Shown: positions 19,562-30,893, counted from the stretch's first letter. The stretch: DNA of 64,000 nt from Bdellovibrionota bacterium (GCA_041739995.1 JBGSMV010000061.1:42102-106101); one strand, 5' to 3'. Numbers and translations: made by a program. The notes: a model not told the origin generated them from the letters alone.

Positions 19562-20752
19562 CTATATCACCCCAAGCTCCTTTCCGACTTTGCCAAATGC
19601 TTCGAGGGCTCGCTCGATGTCCTGGTCGGTATGCGCCGCAGACATTTGGGTTCGAATGCGAGCTGCACCCTTAGGAACGACAGGGAACGAGAAGCCGATT
19701 ACGTAGATTCCTTCTGCCAGTAACTTGTCAGCAAAATTCGACGCCAGCCGAGCGTCGCCGAGCATCACTGGGGTAATAGGGTGTGTCTCGCCTTTGATGC
19801 TGAAGCCTAGCTGCCGAATTCCCTCTCGAAAACGCGCGGTGTTTTTGGCGAGGCGAGCACGAAGCTCTGGTTGTTCGCTAATAAGTTCGAGGCACTTGAT
19901 GCTAGCCGTCACAAGGGGTGGAGGAAGGGAGTTGCTAAAGAGGTAGGGACGACTCCTCTGGCGAAGCAGCTCAATAATCTCTCCTCGTCCGCTGGTGAAT
20001 CCTCCCGAAGCACCTCCAAGCGCTTTGCCGAGTGTAGAGGTGATGACGTCAATCTCATTAAGTACGCCGCAGTGCTCTGCAGCGCCGCGTCCGTTCTTGC
20101 CAAGGAATCCAGTGGCGTGGCACTCGTCGACGTGAACCATTGCGCTAAACTCGGACGCTAGAGCGCAAATTTTATCGAGGGGCGCGATATCTCCATCCAT
20201 CGAAAACGCTCCGTCTGTGGAGATCAGGACTTTCTTGGCTCCGCCGGCACGTGCGGCTTGCAGCTGGGTCTTAAGGTCCGCCATATCCGCGTGGGTGTAG
20301 CGGAAACGCGCAGCCTTGCAGAGTCGAATGCCGTCTATGATGGAAGCATGGTTAAGCGCATCGCTGACCACCGCATCTTCTTCCCCGAGGATAGTTTCAA
20401 AGAGCCCACCGTTAGCGTCGAAACAGGAACTGTACAAAATGGTCGCGTCAGTCTCATGAAAATCAGACAGGCGTTGTTCGAGCTGCTTATGGATTGTTTG
20501 AGTACCGCAAATAAAGCGTACCGAAGCTAAGCCAAAGCCAAAAGAATCGAGACCGAGTTTTGCAGCGTCGATAATCTGCTTGTTATCGGCGAGTCCAAGG
20601 TAATTGTTGGCGCAGAAGTTCAGCACTTCGCGTCCCTGTACGCGAATAGTTGCTGCTTGTGGTGACTCGATGATGCGCTCTTGTTTGAACAAGCCAGCGT
20701 CCCGAATCTCTTGAAGCTGCGCAGAATATGCGGGTTGGGATTCGTTGAACAT
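19562..20752 (-). CDS. kbl: Glycine C-acetyltransferase (2-amino-3-ketobutyrate CoA ligase)
   Basis: [53 protein letters not shown]. Confidence 0.96.
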   Translation of the reverse strand: MFNESQPAYSAQLQEIRDAGLFKQERIIESPQAATIRVQGREVLNFCANNYLGLADNKQIIDAAKLGLDSFGFGLASVRFICGTQTIHKQLEQRLSDFHETDATILYSSCFDANGGLFETILGEEDAVVSDALNHASIIDGIRLCKAARFRYTHADMADLKTQLQAARAGGAKKVLISTDGAFSMDGDIAPLDKICALASEFSAMVHVDECHATGFLGKNGRGAAEHCGVLNEIDVITSTLGKALGGASGGFTSGRGEIIELLRQRSRPYLFSNSLPPPLVTASIKCLELISEQPELRARLAKNTARFREGIRQLGFSIKGETHPITPVMLGDARLASNFADKLLAEGIYVIGFSFPVVPKGAARIRTQMSAAHTDQDIERALEAFGKVGKELGVI

Positions 20753-20795
20753 AGAGAGCTCCTTACGATATTGCGATGTACTTGTGACCGACCGG

Positions 20796-21959
20796 TTACG
20801 CTCCGCAGGCAACTCCTGGATTGGGAGCCATTCGTGGGCTGCTGGTGTAGCGCGCCTTGATTGAAGGGATCAGGTAAGAGCTAAAGGTTTCCTCCACCGA
20901 GAGGGAAGGTGCCCAACCCCAGTCCGCTCGTGCGGCGCGGTCATCCATGTCGGCGGGCCAGCTATCGACGATTGATTGCCGCACTGAATCCGTAGCGAAC
21001 TCGATTTTAGTTCCTGGAAATGCTGCTTCTGCGCGCGAGTGAATTTGAGCGGCGGTGATTGAAAAGGAGCTGACATTATAAGCGCGACGCGTGAGTGCTT
21101 CCTCTGGTGCTGAGAGTAAGCGGAGAATGCAATAGACGGCGTCTGGCATAGCCATGAAAGGGAGCGACGTTTCGGGGCGAACGAAGCAGGCATAGCGTTT
21201 CCCTTGAGCGGCTGCGTGCAGCATCTCTGGCCCGTAGTCGCTTGTTCCGCCGGTGGGGACCGTATCGGCGCTCAGCAGGCCGGGGAAGCGAATGCTTCGA
21301 AAGTCCAATAAATTAGAGGATCCGCCCAGCGCTTCCCTTGCGAGAGAGCCAAAGTGGGTTGAGTAGTACCGTCCCAAGTGCTCCACATAGAGCTTGTTCA
21401 TGCCGTACATGGTGATTGGAAACAGAAAGTCCTCCTCGCGTGCGGGGGCGGAGGAGAGCTTAGCCTCGAGAGAAGGCACGCCATAAACCGCGATGGAGCT
21501 GGGGAAGATAAATTTCGTTTTACTTCCGCCGTTTGCTGATCGACGAGCACTCTGCTGTCGTGCGAGCTCAAGAAGCGAAAGACTCCCATCTACGTTTACG
21601 CGATGAGCCATGAGGGGGTCTCGTTCGCCGCCAGTGGAGAGCACCGCTGCCAGGTGGATAATGTCGGTGAAGTCGTGCTGACCGAAGAGTACCTCAAGTG
21701 CTGCGCGATCGGTAATGTCACCCGTGATACGTAACACCCGTGCACCGGATTTTGGAAGGTGTGAGTCGGTCGAGAGCGGAGTGGATCGATCCAAGAGCAC
21801 GAGGGTGTCGCCCTCGCTAAGGTCACCGCCGCTGAGACTGGATGCGGAAGAAAAGGAAGGCTTGTTTGCGCTGGTCAGAAGCTTAGTGATGCCGTGACCC
21901 ATTTCACCCAGAGCTCCGGTGATTAGAATAGTTCGTCCTGTGGATGTTGCTCGTGTCAT
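20796..21959 (-). CDS. SDR-type L-threonine 3-dehydrogenase (NAD-dependent epimerase family)
   Basis: [39 protein letters not shown]; upstream of kbl. Confidence 0.85.
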   Translation of the reverse strand: MTRATSTGRTILITGALGEMGHGITKLLTSANKPSFSSASSLSGGDLSEGDTLVLLDRSTPLSTDSHLPKSGARVLRITGDITDRAALEVLFGQHDFTDIIHLAAVLSTGGERDPLMAHRVNVDGSLSLLELARQQSARRSANGGSKTKFIFPSSIAVYGVPSLEAKLSSAPAREEDFLFPITMYGMNKLYVEHLGRYYSTHFGSLAREALGGSSNLLDFRSIRFPGLLSADTVPTGGTSDYGPEMLHAAAQGKRYACFVRPETSLPFMAMPDAVYCILRLLSAPEEALTRRAYNVSSFSITAAQIHSRAEAAFPGTKIEFATDSVRQSIVDSWPADMDDRAARADWGWAPSLSVEETFSSYLIPSIKARYTSSPRMAPNPGVACGA

Positions 21960-22203
21960 GGTGCCTGACCTCATTAGGTGGGGAGTGGTTAGAAAGCAGC
22001 TCTTCTACGAAGCTTCATCCTATAAAGCTCGGCATGGTGGATGCCGAGAGGCGACCCGGCTACTCCCCTTAACGCCAAGTTCCTGGGCCTGCGCTTCCAG
22101 GGGCAAGGTGTAAATCGGCAGTGCCCTGAAAAGCAAGAGAGGTGCCACGGGAGGCCTTTTCATCGCGTTGCGTTTCTTCCCTGCCAGGTGATATCCTCAC
22201 GTT

Positions 22204-22434
22204 ATGGGAATCGGCCCTCCAGAACTCATCATCATCGCTCTTATTGTCGTCATTCTTTTTGGCGGCAGAAAGCTTCCTGAGCTTGGCTCTGGCATTGGCA
22301 AAGCACTCGCCAATTTCAAAAAAGGCTACAAGGAAGCAGAGGCGATCGATATCACCCCTCAAACCCCGCCTGAAAAATCTCAGACAGCAGCAAGCTCGCG
22401 TCCTAAGGACGGAGAATCGAAAGACGAAAGCTAA
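22204..22434 (+). CDS. tatA: Twin-arginine translocase subunit TatA/E
   Basis: GIGPPELIII...LFGGRKLPELGSGIGKALANFKKG. Confidence 0.95.
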   Translation: MGIGPPELIIIALIVVILFGGRKLPELGSGIGKALANFKKGYKEAEAIDITPQTPPEKSQTAASSRPKDGESKDES

Positions 22435-22790
22435 ATACTTAAGTCCTGAGCGAGCAGTATTAGATTAATTAATAACCAGCGTTAAGTAGGCGCGCTCGGG
22501 TTTCTGGTGGCAGAAGAAAGAACTATTTCCCTGTCTAGATTCGGACTGGGCTACCCCAACGCGCTCACCATATATCACGTGTGCATGCCCACTACACGTC
22601 CCATGCTCCGCTCTCTCCCCGTCTTCGTGATAAGAAATCCTAACCAAAATGCACGCTCCTCCACTAACGCCCCGTAACTCCATCGAGTAGGTTCCTAGAC
22701 CCGTCAGGCCTTCTGGCTAATTAATTATTCTGGGGTCGCTTTCTCGCCATGCCGATTTTGATCTCCCGGTGAGAACCCCGTTCCCTGTAA

Positions 22791-22829
22791 AAACCGCAGA
22801 GAGAAACCGCAGAGAGAAACTGCAGAGAT
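22791..22829. repeat. 13-bp tandem repeat x3 (AAACCGCAGAGAG)
   Basis: Directly visible in the sequence. Confidence 0.85.
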
Positions 22830-22835
22830 GCGTTC

Positions 22836-24257
22836 TTAGAAATTTACAGAGAACACTCGCGCTGAGAAATGTTTAGCCTGGTCAAGGACTCGAGACCCTA
22901 CCAGTCCACCAGTTTCGCTCATCATGACGAGCGCAAAGTCTTGATTGCTTCCGCTGCGAAGCATGAAGTCAGATGGCGTGCGTGCGTTCTGAGAACTTCG
23001 GATTAGCTCGGGGGTGAGAGAACGAATGCGCCCTCGTGCGAGCGGGGACGAGGCACTTACTCGCGTCAGAATAAGCGGGCGCCCGCTCGCATCGAACAAG
23101 GCCCCCTCGATCTTCGCTTCGCGAATATTTGTGGTGGACTCATTTAAAATTGAGCCGGTAATGAGAGCCGCCCGCTCGCCAGTTTCGAGAGTGACGATGC
23201 GAAACTTCATGTTCTTTAAGAAAAGCCCGGGTGGAGCGACCTGAGGAGCCGCAGGGAAGAGTTGTCGAGTAATCTCTATACTGGCCGAAGGGGCGATCCA
23301 TGGGAGTGCAGTAAATATTCCAAGAAGTATGAAGAAGGCACATATCGGCAGAGCTAGCGTGAGAAGCCCAGCCCAGCGACTTCCCGAGAGGCGTCCTAGT
23401 GCTGGATCTCTTCGTGTTGAGTCTGTGCCAGATTGCGCGCTGATATGAAGGTTCTCCCGCGCTGATTTTTCCCGTGGTGCGGCGATGCTCTTCTGTAATT
23501 GTCGTTGTCGTCTGCGCTCCGAGAGCGATTTGACGAATGCCAAGCCCGGGAAGGTGAAAGCTTGTGGTTTATTAATAGGGCTAGGAAATGCCTCTCCAGC
23601 TGCTCTCAGAGTCGTTGCGGGGGCGTGGCTGATAGATTCCCGCGGGCTCATAGGGGCGAAGCTCACGGGAAGTACAGCAGTGTCAGAAACATTAGTGCCA
23701 GAAATATTGCCGCTCGAATTCCCATGAGTGGTTTCGTCTGCGAACCATCCTGCAGAAGATTCCTCTTGGGAAAGGTTTCCATAGGAAGGGCCGCGGTCAT
23801 CGGAAACCTCTTCCGAGAAATAAGCCTCGCTGAGAGAAGCCCAAGGTTGTGATGAATGCTGTTGTCTCTCCTCATCGTGCGATGACCGCGTGAGTGATGA
23901 GCTGTTGTGCTCCGAGTGCTCAAAGCCAGCACTTTCATGGGGATGGAAATCTTCGTGAGGTGGGCGTATTGCATGCCCTATCCCAAGTGGCGCTGGAATT
24001 TGAAGGGCACGTGTCGGTAGTGGAAGCTGTCGACCACCGCCACGTGAATCAAGACTTGGCTCGCGCGTGCTTTCCCCGGCTTCTCCGCGAGATTGTGGAG
24101 CCCTCGGTTCCTCGATTGGCCGAATGCTTGGTGGCGCGTCGTCAAAATTGAAAACATTGTCACAGCGCGAACAGTGAAAACGAGGAGCTTCAAGCTCGTC
24201 GACGGTCGCCGCTTCGATGGCAAATTTTGTCGTACAAGAAGGGCACTGGATGATCAT
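22836..24257 (-). CDS. Zinc-ribbon (MJ0042-type) / DUF3426-like membrane protein (start may be 24338)
   Basis: CPSC.TKF...CSRC..VF, long disordered linker, one TM helix and a beta-rich C-terminal domain. Confidence 0.8.
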   Translation of the reverse strand: MIIQCPSCTTKFAIEAATVDELEAPRFHCSRCDNVFNFDDAPPSIRPIEEPRAPQSRGEAGESTREPSLDSRGGGRQLPLPTRALQIPAPLGIGHAIRPPHEDFHPHESAGFEHSEHNSSSLTRSSHDEERQQHSSQPWASLSEAYFSEEVSDDRGPSYGNLSQEESSAGWFADETTHGNSSGNISGTNVSDTAVLPVSFAPMSPRESISHAPATTLRAAGEAFPSPINKPQAFTFPGLAFVKSLSERRRQRQLQKSIAAPREKSARENLHISAQSGTDSTRRDPALGRLSGSRWAGLLTLALPICAFFILLGIFTALPWIAPSASIEITRQLFPAAPQVAPPGLFLKNMKFRIVTLETGERAALITGSILNESTTNIREAKIEGALFDASGRPLILTRVSASSPLARGRIRSLTPELIRSSQNARTPSDFMLRSGSNQDFALVMMSETGGLVGSRVLDQAKHFSARVFSVNF

Positions 24258-24612
24258 CTGTCTTCCTGCGACACGCTCAGTCTGCGCGAGGCTTGACGTC
24301 CGCGCTCTAAATTTTCTCCTTGCTGCTGAGACTGACATACCACCAGATTGATTATGCTGTTGCGATTATCCGCAAAACAGGGATTTTATACCCGCTAACC
24401 TACTAGAAAGATTAAAGCAGGCGGCCGATTCGCACTAGTCACAATTTTGTAGGGAGGCCAAGATTTCAACTTAGGACGTTGAAGTGATCAGCATAGGTAA
24501 GTGAACCGTGCCGCTGCCTTGAGTTTGTCGGAAAATTACCCAAAAATTTGAGGACTGTGCTTGTTTGCTTCGCTTCAAACGGCCTGCAAGAGTAGGTCTA
24601 TTGGAGGGCACA

Positions 24613-25623
24613 ATGTCCAGAAATATGAAGGCAGGTCAGAGGCGGGGTGGACGAGATGTGGGGGCTGCTCGCAGCCATAAGCCGAAGCCTAGACCGCACC
24701 ACCGGGGTGTTGGTGACAAGAATCTGGGCGGCAAAATTGCGGGCGGCAAAGGCGCGGGCGACAGGAGCGCGGCTGATAGGGGTGCGGCTGGCAAGAGTGC
24801 CGCAAAGGCGCCCCGACGCGAGTCATTGCGAAACTGGCCAACCGGATCAAACGTTCTCGTCATTGGTCGTAATCCGGTTCGCGAACTACTGCGCCACTGT
24901 CCCGAGCGAGCGAAGCGCGCTTTTACGACTCATCAAGCTTCGTCTGAACGGCACCTTGCTAACCATGCCGATCTTGAGATCCATCGCGTGCTCAGCGATC
25001 GAGGTATTGAAGTGCGCGAGGCCTCCTTTAGCGAGCTTACCGCGCAATGCGGCACCGATGCGCACCAAGGATGGTCGCTCGAGGCGGAGCCTCGACCAAC
25101 GAGCAATCTGATGGAGGTGTTGGAGGCGCATGCCGAGGTAGAGGACGGAGTCATCTTGTTGCTGGATGCCATCGAGGATCCTCAAAATTTGGGCAGTATT
25201 ATTCGAGCAGCCGAGTGTTTTGGCGTTGAGGCGGTTATCTGGTCGAAAAACAGAGGAGCGCCACTTACCGCAAGTGCCGTGAAGGCAAGCGCAGGTGCCA
25301 GTGAGCTGGTAACTTTGATCGAAGTATCAAACCTTCACGATGCCATCAAGAAGTGTCGCGATGCGGGGTGGTGGGTACTCGGCGCCATGGTGGCTGATGA
25401 TGCCGTGCCTTCGCATGAATATGACGGACCTTTAAAGATTGCGCTGATTGTGGGCTCAGAGGGGAACGGCCTGGGGGAGTTGACCCAGAAGCGGTTAGAC
25501 CAGAAGATTATGATCCCGCTCCAAGGGCGCCTGGATTCTCTGAATGTGGGACAGGCCAGCGCGGTGCTTCTCTCCGGGTTGTCAGCCAAAATACGGTCTG
25601 TGCGAGCCGCCCGAGAGAGTTGA
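24613..25623 (+). CDS. rlmB: 23S rRNA Gm2251 methyltransferase (TrmH/SPOUT)
   Basis: GRNPVRE, HQG, LD.IEDPQNLGSIIRAA, GSEG.G, IPLQG.LDSLNV. Confidence 0.9.
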   Translation: MSRNMKAGQRRGGRDVGAARSHKPKPRPHHRGVGDKNLGGKIAGGKGAGDRSAADRGAAGKSAAKAPRRESLRNWPTGSNVLVIGRNPVRELLRHCPERAKRAFTTHQASSERHLANHADLEIHRVLSDRGIEVREASFSELTAQCGTDAHQGWSLEAEPRPTSNLMEVLEAHAEVEDGVILLLDAIEDPQNLGSIIRAAECFGVEAVIWSKNRGAPLTASAVKASAGASELVTLIEVSNLHDAIKKCRDAGWWVLGAMVADDAVPSHEYDGPLKIALIVGSEGNGLGELTQKRLDQKIMIPLQGRLDSLNVGQASAVLLSGLSAKIRSVRAARES

Positions 25624-25681
25624 GGACGAAATTCGCCGCCAAATGGCCCTTGTAGCTCGGCATCAAAGGCTTGCGAGGAGT

Positions 25682-25720
25682 CTGTGACACAGTCGCTGTG
25701 ACACAGGCGCTGTGACACGG
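25682..25720. repeat. 14-bp tandem repeat x~3 (CTGTGACACAG.CG)
   Basis: Directly visible in the sequence. Confidence 0.8.
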
Positions 25721-25928
25721 CACAGGAGGCGATGTCCCGCCGACTTGTCCTCGGTAGCCTTGGCGGAAGAGGAAGCCTCGTCGAGTTAAATGGCAGGAAA
25801 GGCTGATGGGAGCGAAGGCGTACCTCTATAAGCAGGGCGGTCTCACAGACTCCTAGACAGTTTAGCTAACTTAAACTACCTTAAAGCTTCGGCTTTAAGG
25901 CGTAACAAATACCTCCTCGAGAAATTGG

Positions 25929-26906
25929 ATGGATACAGACTCTAGCGAGCAGCAAGGTACTGGATCGAGTTCGATCGCGGTGGCGGCACATGGGCCGGTT
26001 GCTGGAGATGCGGGCCAGATCAGCAGTGGATTCTTCGAAGTGCAGCTCGAGCAGTTCGACGGACCGATCGATTTGTTGCTTCATCTCGTGAAGCAAAACG
26101 AACTTCCCATTGAAAAAATCGCACTTGCTCAAGTGGCGACTCAGTATCTTAAGTGCATCGAAGAGATGCGCTATTTTGATTTGGATCTTGCGGGTGAGTA
26201 CCTCGTAATCGCCGCTACCTTGGTGTCGATAAAGTCTAGCGTTTTGCTGAATGAACCAGTCGAGCTGGTTGAAGACGGGCTCGGCAATCTTGTGAACCCA
26301 CACGATGAGCTGCTTCGCAGGCTTAAAGAGGCGGCAATTTATAGAGACGGCGCGCTTGCTCTGAGAAACCTCAATCTTTTAGGCGTCGACGTGTTCCCGT
26401 CTCAGGTAGGACTCGAAGGGGTAACTGCACCGCCGGTGCGTTATCGTGCTCAAGAGGTGGCGGTGCTTGCGCGCGCTTTCCAGCGCATAGTTCGAAAAAT
26501 TGAAGCTCAGCAGCCGGGTTTTACGGTGATGATTGAGCACGTCTCCATCGTAGAACGAATGCGATCATTGCTGGAGCGTCTGAATGAGGCGAAAGGCCGA
26601 CTTTCATTTTACGATCTGCTGGTGGGGAGCCAAACTTCTGTTGAGCCTCCTACGCGAGGCTCATTGGTTGGGACCTTCGTCGCGGTGCTCGAACTCTGCA
26701 AGCGGCAGATCTTGACCGTTATTCAGGGCGAGGATTTTGAAGATATTTTTGTTTGTTTGGCTTCACTTTCGACCGAAGGTGGGGAGACTGAAAAATTCAA
26801 CGTGGCTGGTGCTTCCCTATCTTCAGAGTTTGATAGGAATGAGATCGATGGCTCAGAGGAAAATTCTTCAGAAGTAGATGAGGCATCAGAGGTTGCGAAT
26901 CATTAA
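25929..26906 (+). CDS. scpA: Segregation and condensation protein A
   Basis: FDGPIDLLLHLV, AGEYLVIAATL..IKS..LL, TF.AVLEL.K. Confidence 0.94.
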   Translation: MDTDSSEQQGTGSSSIAVAAHGPVAGDAGQISSGFFEVQLEQFDGPIDLLLHLVKQNELPIEKIALAQVATQYLKCIEEMRYFDLDLAGEYLVIAATLVSIKSSVLLNEPVELVEDGLGNLVNPHDELLRRLKEAAIYRDGALALRNLNLLGVDVFPSQVGLEGVTAPPVRYRAQEVAVLARAFQRIVRKIEAQQPGFTVMIEHVSIVERMRSLLERLNEAKGRLSFYDLLVGSQTSVEPPTRGSLVGTFVAVLELCKRQILTVIQGEDFEDIFVCLASLSTEGGETEKFNVAGASLSSEFDRNEIDGSEENSSEVDEASEVANH

Positions 26907-26924
26907 GATTTCGCGTGAGGCGCT

Positions 26925-27725
26925 ATGAGTGATCAAGAGACTAATGAAATGAATAATGAGTCTGTTGCTGACGAGGCGAGTGCGACTGAAGCGCCTGCGA
27001 CTACAGCTGAGAGTTCTTCTGGCGATGAGGTGGTCACTGTGACCTCTGATTCCAAATCTTGCAGTGCTGAATCTTGCAGTGCTGAATCTGCCGAGTCTTT
27101 CAGTGCTGAAGAGCGGGTGGCGTTAGTTGAAGCCGTCATTTTTGCGGCTGCCGGTCCAATTGCCCAAGAGCGAATCGTTGAAGTCTCCGCCCTTTCACAG
27201 GAATTAGTAGAAGAGGCGCTCGGTTCTCTTAAGGAACGCGGCATGTCGGAGGGTTCTGGCGTGGAGCTTGCGCAAGTGTCAGGTGGATTCCAGTTCCGAA
27301 CCAAGGGGCGTTTCGCGGCGTTTCTTAGGCAGTTAAAGGAAGAGCCACCAAAGCGGCTTACCGGCGCGGCGCTTGAGACGCTTGCGATCGTTGCCTATCG
27401 CCAGCCTATTGTTCGTAGCGATATTGAGAAAATCCGCGGCGTAGACTGCACACCGACCCTCAAGACTTTAGTCGATCGCGGTCTTGCAAAAATTGTGGGG
27501 CACCAAGCTTCAGTGGGACAGCCCGCCCTTTACGGAACCACAGAAGAATTCCTTGAGCTATTTGGGCTTAACTCTCTCTCCGAGTTGCCGTCTTTGCGCG
27601 ATTTGCAAGAGCTCGATGGCGATCCGGGCGAGGTTAGCGATGTAGATGAAGAGTCTTCTGCGCTTGGAGAAGTGGCGGGCCCAGAGACCGATGCTGATCT
27701 CGTTTCCGGTGTCTTCCCGCAGTGA
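26925..27725 (+). CDS. scpB: Segregation and condensation protein B
   Basis: ALETLAIVAYRQPI.R.DIE.IRGVD and LYGTTEEFLELFGL.SL.ELP. Confidence 0.95.
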   Translation: MSDQETNEMNNESVADEASATEAPATTAESSSGDEVVTVTSDSKSCSAESCSAESAESFSAEERVALVEAVIFAAAGPIAQERIVEVSALSQELVEEALGSLKERGMSEGSGVELAQVSGGFQFRTKGRFAAFLRQLKEEPPKRLTGAALETLAIVAYRQPIVRSDIEKIRGVDCTPTLKTLVDRGLAKIVGHQASVGQPALYGTTEEFLELFGLNSLSELPSLRDLQELDGDPGEVSDVDEESSALGEVAGPETDADLVSGVFPQ

Positions 27726-27797
27726 GTGTCGCAGTGAATCCGGCAGTGAATCGGCAGTGAATCGGCAGTGAATCGGATAGTGAATCGGGCAGTGCGG
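27720..27797. repeat. 11-12 bp tandem repeat x~7 (CAGTGAATCGG)
   Basis: Directly visible between scpB and rluB, starting within the scpB stop region. Confidence 0.85.
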
Positions 27798-27832
27798 CAC
27801 TTCATAGTTAAATTCAATCTTGGTAGCTGATC

Positions 27833-28672
27833 ATGAAGAGCGAAACTGACTCTGCCAAGCCGACGTCCTCGGGACTCAGGCTTCACAAATTTCTTGCCCA
27901 ATGCGGGGTTGCGTCACGACGAAAGGCAGAGTCTCTGATTGTTGCTGGGCGCGTGCGAGTCAACAGCAAGATCGTTAAAGAGCTTGGAGTAAGCATTAAT
28001 CCCGGGCGCGATCGCGTCTTTGTCGATGGGAAAGAAGTTCGTCAGGCACACCGCGGCATCATGTTGTTGCATAAGCCGCCCAGAGTGGTCTCGACCATGA
28101 AGGATCCGCACGGCAGGCCTAGCATCGAGCAATATTTGACCGCGCGCGATCGCGCATATTTTCCGGTAGGACGACTCGATTTTGAGTCTTCGGGTCTCGT
28201 GATTTTGACCAATGACGGAGAACTTGCTGATCGACTTTTGCACCCACGCTATGGCTTGGAGCGTCGCTACGAGGTCGAGGTCGAAGGCTCTGTAACCAAT
28301 GTAACCATTCGCAAACTCCAAGCGGGAATTACGCTGGAGGATGGTCCGGTAAAGGCCAAGGTAGATCTGATTGAGAGCGCAGGTGCGACCACACTTTTGG
28401 GCATAACAGTCACTGAAGGACGAAATAGAATCGTCAGGCGCATGATGGCTCACGTCGAGCATCCCGTTATTCGACTGGTGCGCGTGATGCACGGACCGTT
28501 TCTCTTGGGGCGAATTAAGTCCGGGCAGGTAAAGCGCTTGAACGAAAGAGAGTACGAGTTCTATCGCAGGAGGGTACTTGGCCCTGCGTCTGGCGCTCCT
28601 GCCCCAAAGTCCAAACGAATACGAGGGGATCGCCCACCGGCTCGGCGTACAGCTAAACGACGACTACGCTAG
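27833..28672 (+). CDS. rluB: 23S rRNA pseudouridine synthase (RluB/RsuA family)
   Basis: S4 domain RLHKFLA.CGVASRRKAE; VGRLD..SSGL..LTNDG; EGRNR.VRRM; scpAB-rluB synteny. Confidence 0.9.
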   Translation: MKSETDSAKPTSSGLRLHKFLAQCGVASRRKAESLIVAGRVRVNSKIVKELGVSINPGRDRVFVDGKEVRQAHRGIMLLHKPPRVVSTMKDPHGRPSIEQYLTARDRAYFPVGRLDFESSGLVILTNDGELADRLLHPRYGLERRYEVEVEGSVTNVTIRKLQAGITLEDGPVKAKVDLIESAGATTLLGITVTEGRNRIVRRMMAHVEHPVIRLVRVMHGPFLLGRIKSGQVKRLNEREYEFYRRRVLGPASGAPAPKSKRIRGDRPPARRTAKRRLR

Positions 28673-28734
28673 CGAGGACACCCTCGCAGATCAGGTGAAA
28701 TCAGTGAATTTAGTGGCTGATTTTAGTGGTTTGC

Positions 28735-28763
28735 TTGACTTGTCAGGTGCTCCCCGTTAGCCT
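28735..28763 (+). promoter_or_regulatory. Putative sigma70 promoter of tRNA-fMet
   Basis: TTGACT-N17-TAGCCT, 22 nt upstream of the tRNA. Confidence 0.45.
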
Positions 28764-28785
28764 CACTGACCAATCGGAATCATGG

Positions 28786-28862
<77 letters not shown>

Positions 28863-29178
28863 TTTCTTCTTCGTTAAAAATTTCATATTTCTAGCGCGGC
28901 TTCTTTTATTGGGTCGCTGCATCTTTGGGCTGCTGTCTCATTGGGCCCCTGCGTGCAATTCGCGCAGTTGTGTTTGTGCTGGAAAGCTCCGGCAAGCCAT
29001 GCTCTGTGCTTCTCTATCCTATGCTTTCCGATGCTTAGAATTGGCGAATCGCGTGGTGTGCGATTGTGGTATTGGAATGAAGCGTTGTGAGAATCGCTTA
29101 AGCCGAGAATTTGAAAAGTTAACTTAGAAGAACAGCCTGATCACGAATAGCAGGCTCTGTCCATAGGAAACGATTGAT

Positions 29179-30711
29179 ATGGGAATCCTCGACAAAGTGA
29201 GCCGCAAACTTCATTTGGAGGGCAGTCTGCAATCTGCTTGGTCTGGAGTTGAAGCGCGCGCTGGCTCAGGAGTTTCGTTTGAGGTGCGTTCGCCAATAGA
29301 CCGTTCGAGTTTGGCGCAAATTAAAGCAGCGACTGATACTGAGTATGAAGCCGTGCTTACGAAAGCGATGGCTGCGTTTGAAATCTGGCGCTTAGTTCCC
29401 GCGCCAGTGCGAGGGCAGGTGGTCAGAGAGATTGCAGACGCTATCCGCGAAAATAAAGCACTTCTTGGAGAACTAGTTTCCATAGAGACCGGGAAAATTT
29501 TATCAGAAGGTGAGGGGGAAGTTCAGGAAGCGATCGATATCGCTGACTTTTCTGTAGGACTTTCGCGACAGCTCTACGGGAAGAGCATGCACTCAGAACG
29601 TCCCGGACACCGCATGTATGAACAGTGGCATCCGCTCGGAGTGGTGGGGGTAATAACTGCCTTCAATTTCCCGGCAGCAGTGTGGGCATGGAACGCTATG
29701 CTCGCCGCAGTGTGCGGAGATGTGGTGGTGTGGAAACCGTCCGAGCTTGCACCGCTGACCGCTATTGCGCTTCATCGCATATGCTCAGAAGTGGTCGAAA
29801 AGCACGGGTATCCCCCAATATTTCATCTGCTGATTGGCGAAGGGCCAGCGTTGGGTCAGCGCATCGCTGAGGACTCGCGAGTGTCTCTCGTATCAGCGAC
29901 AGGATCTTGTCGTATGGGCCGTTCTGTGGGCGAAGCGGTGGCGAGGCGCCTGGGTAAAGTACTGCTTGAGCTTGGTGGAAACAACGCAGTCATCGTGCTC
30001 GATGATGCGAATCTTGAGATGGCGGTTCGGTCCACTGTGTTCGGTTCTGTGGGCACGGCAGGACAGAGATGTACCACCTCGCGGCGCCTTTTCGTCGGGC
30101 GGGGAATCGAACAAGCGTTTCTCGCGAAGCTTTCTAAAGCCTACGAGGGAGTGCGTATTGGGAATCCACTTGACCCTGCTACGTTGATGGGTCCGCTCAT
30201 AAATGAGCGAGCGGTGGAAGCGTATCGCTCAGCGATTGAGCGCGCAGTGAAAGAGGGCGGGAAGGTTCTGTGTGGGGGCAAGGTATTGAGCGGGCTACCT
30301 TCGGGATTATATGTACAACCCACCATCATTTATTCAAAGGAACCCTTGCCCGTTTCGAGGGACGAAACCTTCGCGCCAATTTTGTATGTGACCCCCGTCG
30401 CCGATATCGATGAAGCGATTCAGAAGAACAACTCAGTAGCACAGGGGCTTAGCTCAGCAGTTTTCACCGAGAGCCTAAAGTCAGCAGAGCGTTTCCTAAG
30501 CCATGCAGGTAGTGACTGTGGCATTGCCAACGTAAATCTTGGCACCTCTGGTGCTGAGATTGGAGGTGCCTTTGGGGGTGAGAAAGATACTGGCGGGGGG
30601 CGAGAGTCAGGTTCTGACGCTTGGAAGCAATACATGCGTCGCCAAACCAATACTATTAACTTTTCAGAAGCTCTTCCCCTGGCACAGGGCGTTACCTTTG
30701 ATGTCTCTTAA
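29179..30711 (+). CDS. Aldehyde dehydrogenase, ALDH7/piperideine-6-carboxylate dehydrogenase type
   Basis: GEVQE.IDI.DF.VGLSRQLYG, ITAFNFP, LELGGNNA, GTAGQRCT, GAEIGGAFGGEK. Confidence 0.93.
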   Translation: MGILDKVSRKLHLEGSLQSAWSGVEARAGSGVSFEVRSPIDRSSLAQIKAATDTEYEAVLTKAMAAFEIWRLVPAPVRGQVVREIADAIRENKALLGELVSIETGKILSEGEGEVQEAIDIADFSVGLSRQLYGKSMHSERPGHRMYEQWHPLGVVGVITAFNFPAAVWAWNAMLAAVCGDVVVWKPSELAPLTAIALHRICSEVVEKHGYPPIFHLLIGEGPALGQRIAEDSRVSLVSATGSCRMGRSVGEAVARRLGKVLLELGGNNAVIVLDDANLEMAVRSTVFGSVGTAGQRCTTSRRLFVGRGIEQAFLAKLSKAYEGVRIGNPLDPATLMGPLINERAVEAYRSAIERAVKEGGKVLCGGKVLSGLPSGLYVQPTIIYSKEPLPVSRDETFAPILYVTPVADIDEAIQKNNSVAQGLSSAVFTESLKSAERFLSHAGSDCGIANVNLGTSGAEIGGAFGGEKDTGGGRESGSDAWKQYMRRQTNTINFSEALPLAQGVTFDVS

Positions 30712-30809
30712 ATCCACCTTTTGAAGGGTTCATGGCTTGTTTATGGTGGCATATGAGCTCTGCGGTGGCGTGACTTTTGAGGCGGGACGATTATACTTGC
30801 CGCGATTCC

Positions 30810-30893
30810 GCCCTGGTGCTGGAATTGGTAGACAGGCATGATTCAGGGTCATGTATTCGCAAGAGTGTGGGAGTTCAAGTCTCCCCCAGGGCA
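30810..30893 (+). tRNA. tRNA-Leu (CAG), CCA not encoded
   Basis: GCCCTGG/CCAGGGC acceptor stem, CATGA-TTCAGGG-TCATG anticodon arm, long variable arm, GTTCAAGTC T-loop. Confidence 0.95.

Noticed and set aside
22464..22728. Possible MITE bounded by TAATTAAT..CCAG inverted ends, containing a 72-aa ORF
   Set aside because: The ends are short, AT-rich and imperfect, there is no second copy, and the ORF is unconvincing.
27720..27797. Possible CRISPR array
   Set aside because: Units are 11-12 bp with no unique spacers, and there are no cas genes in the window.
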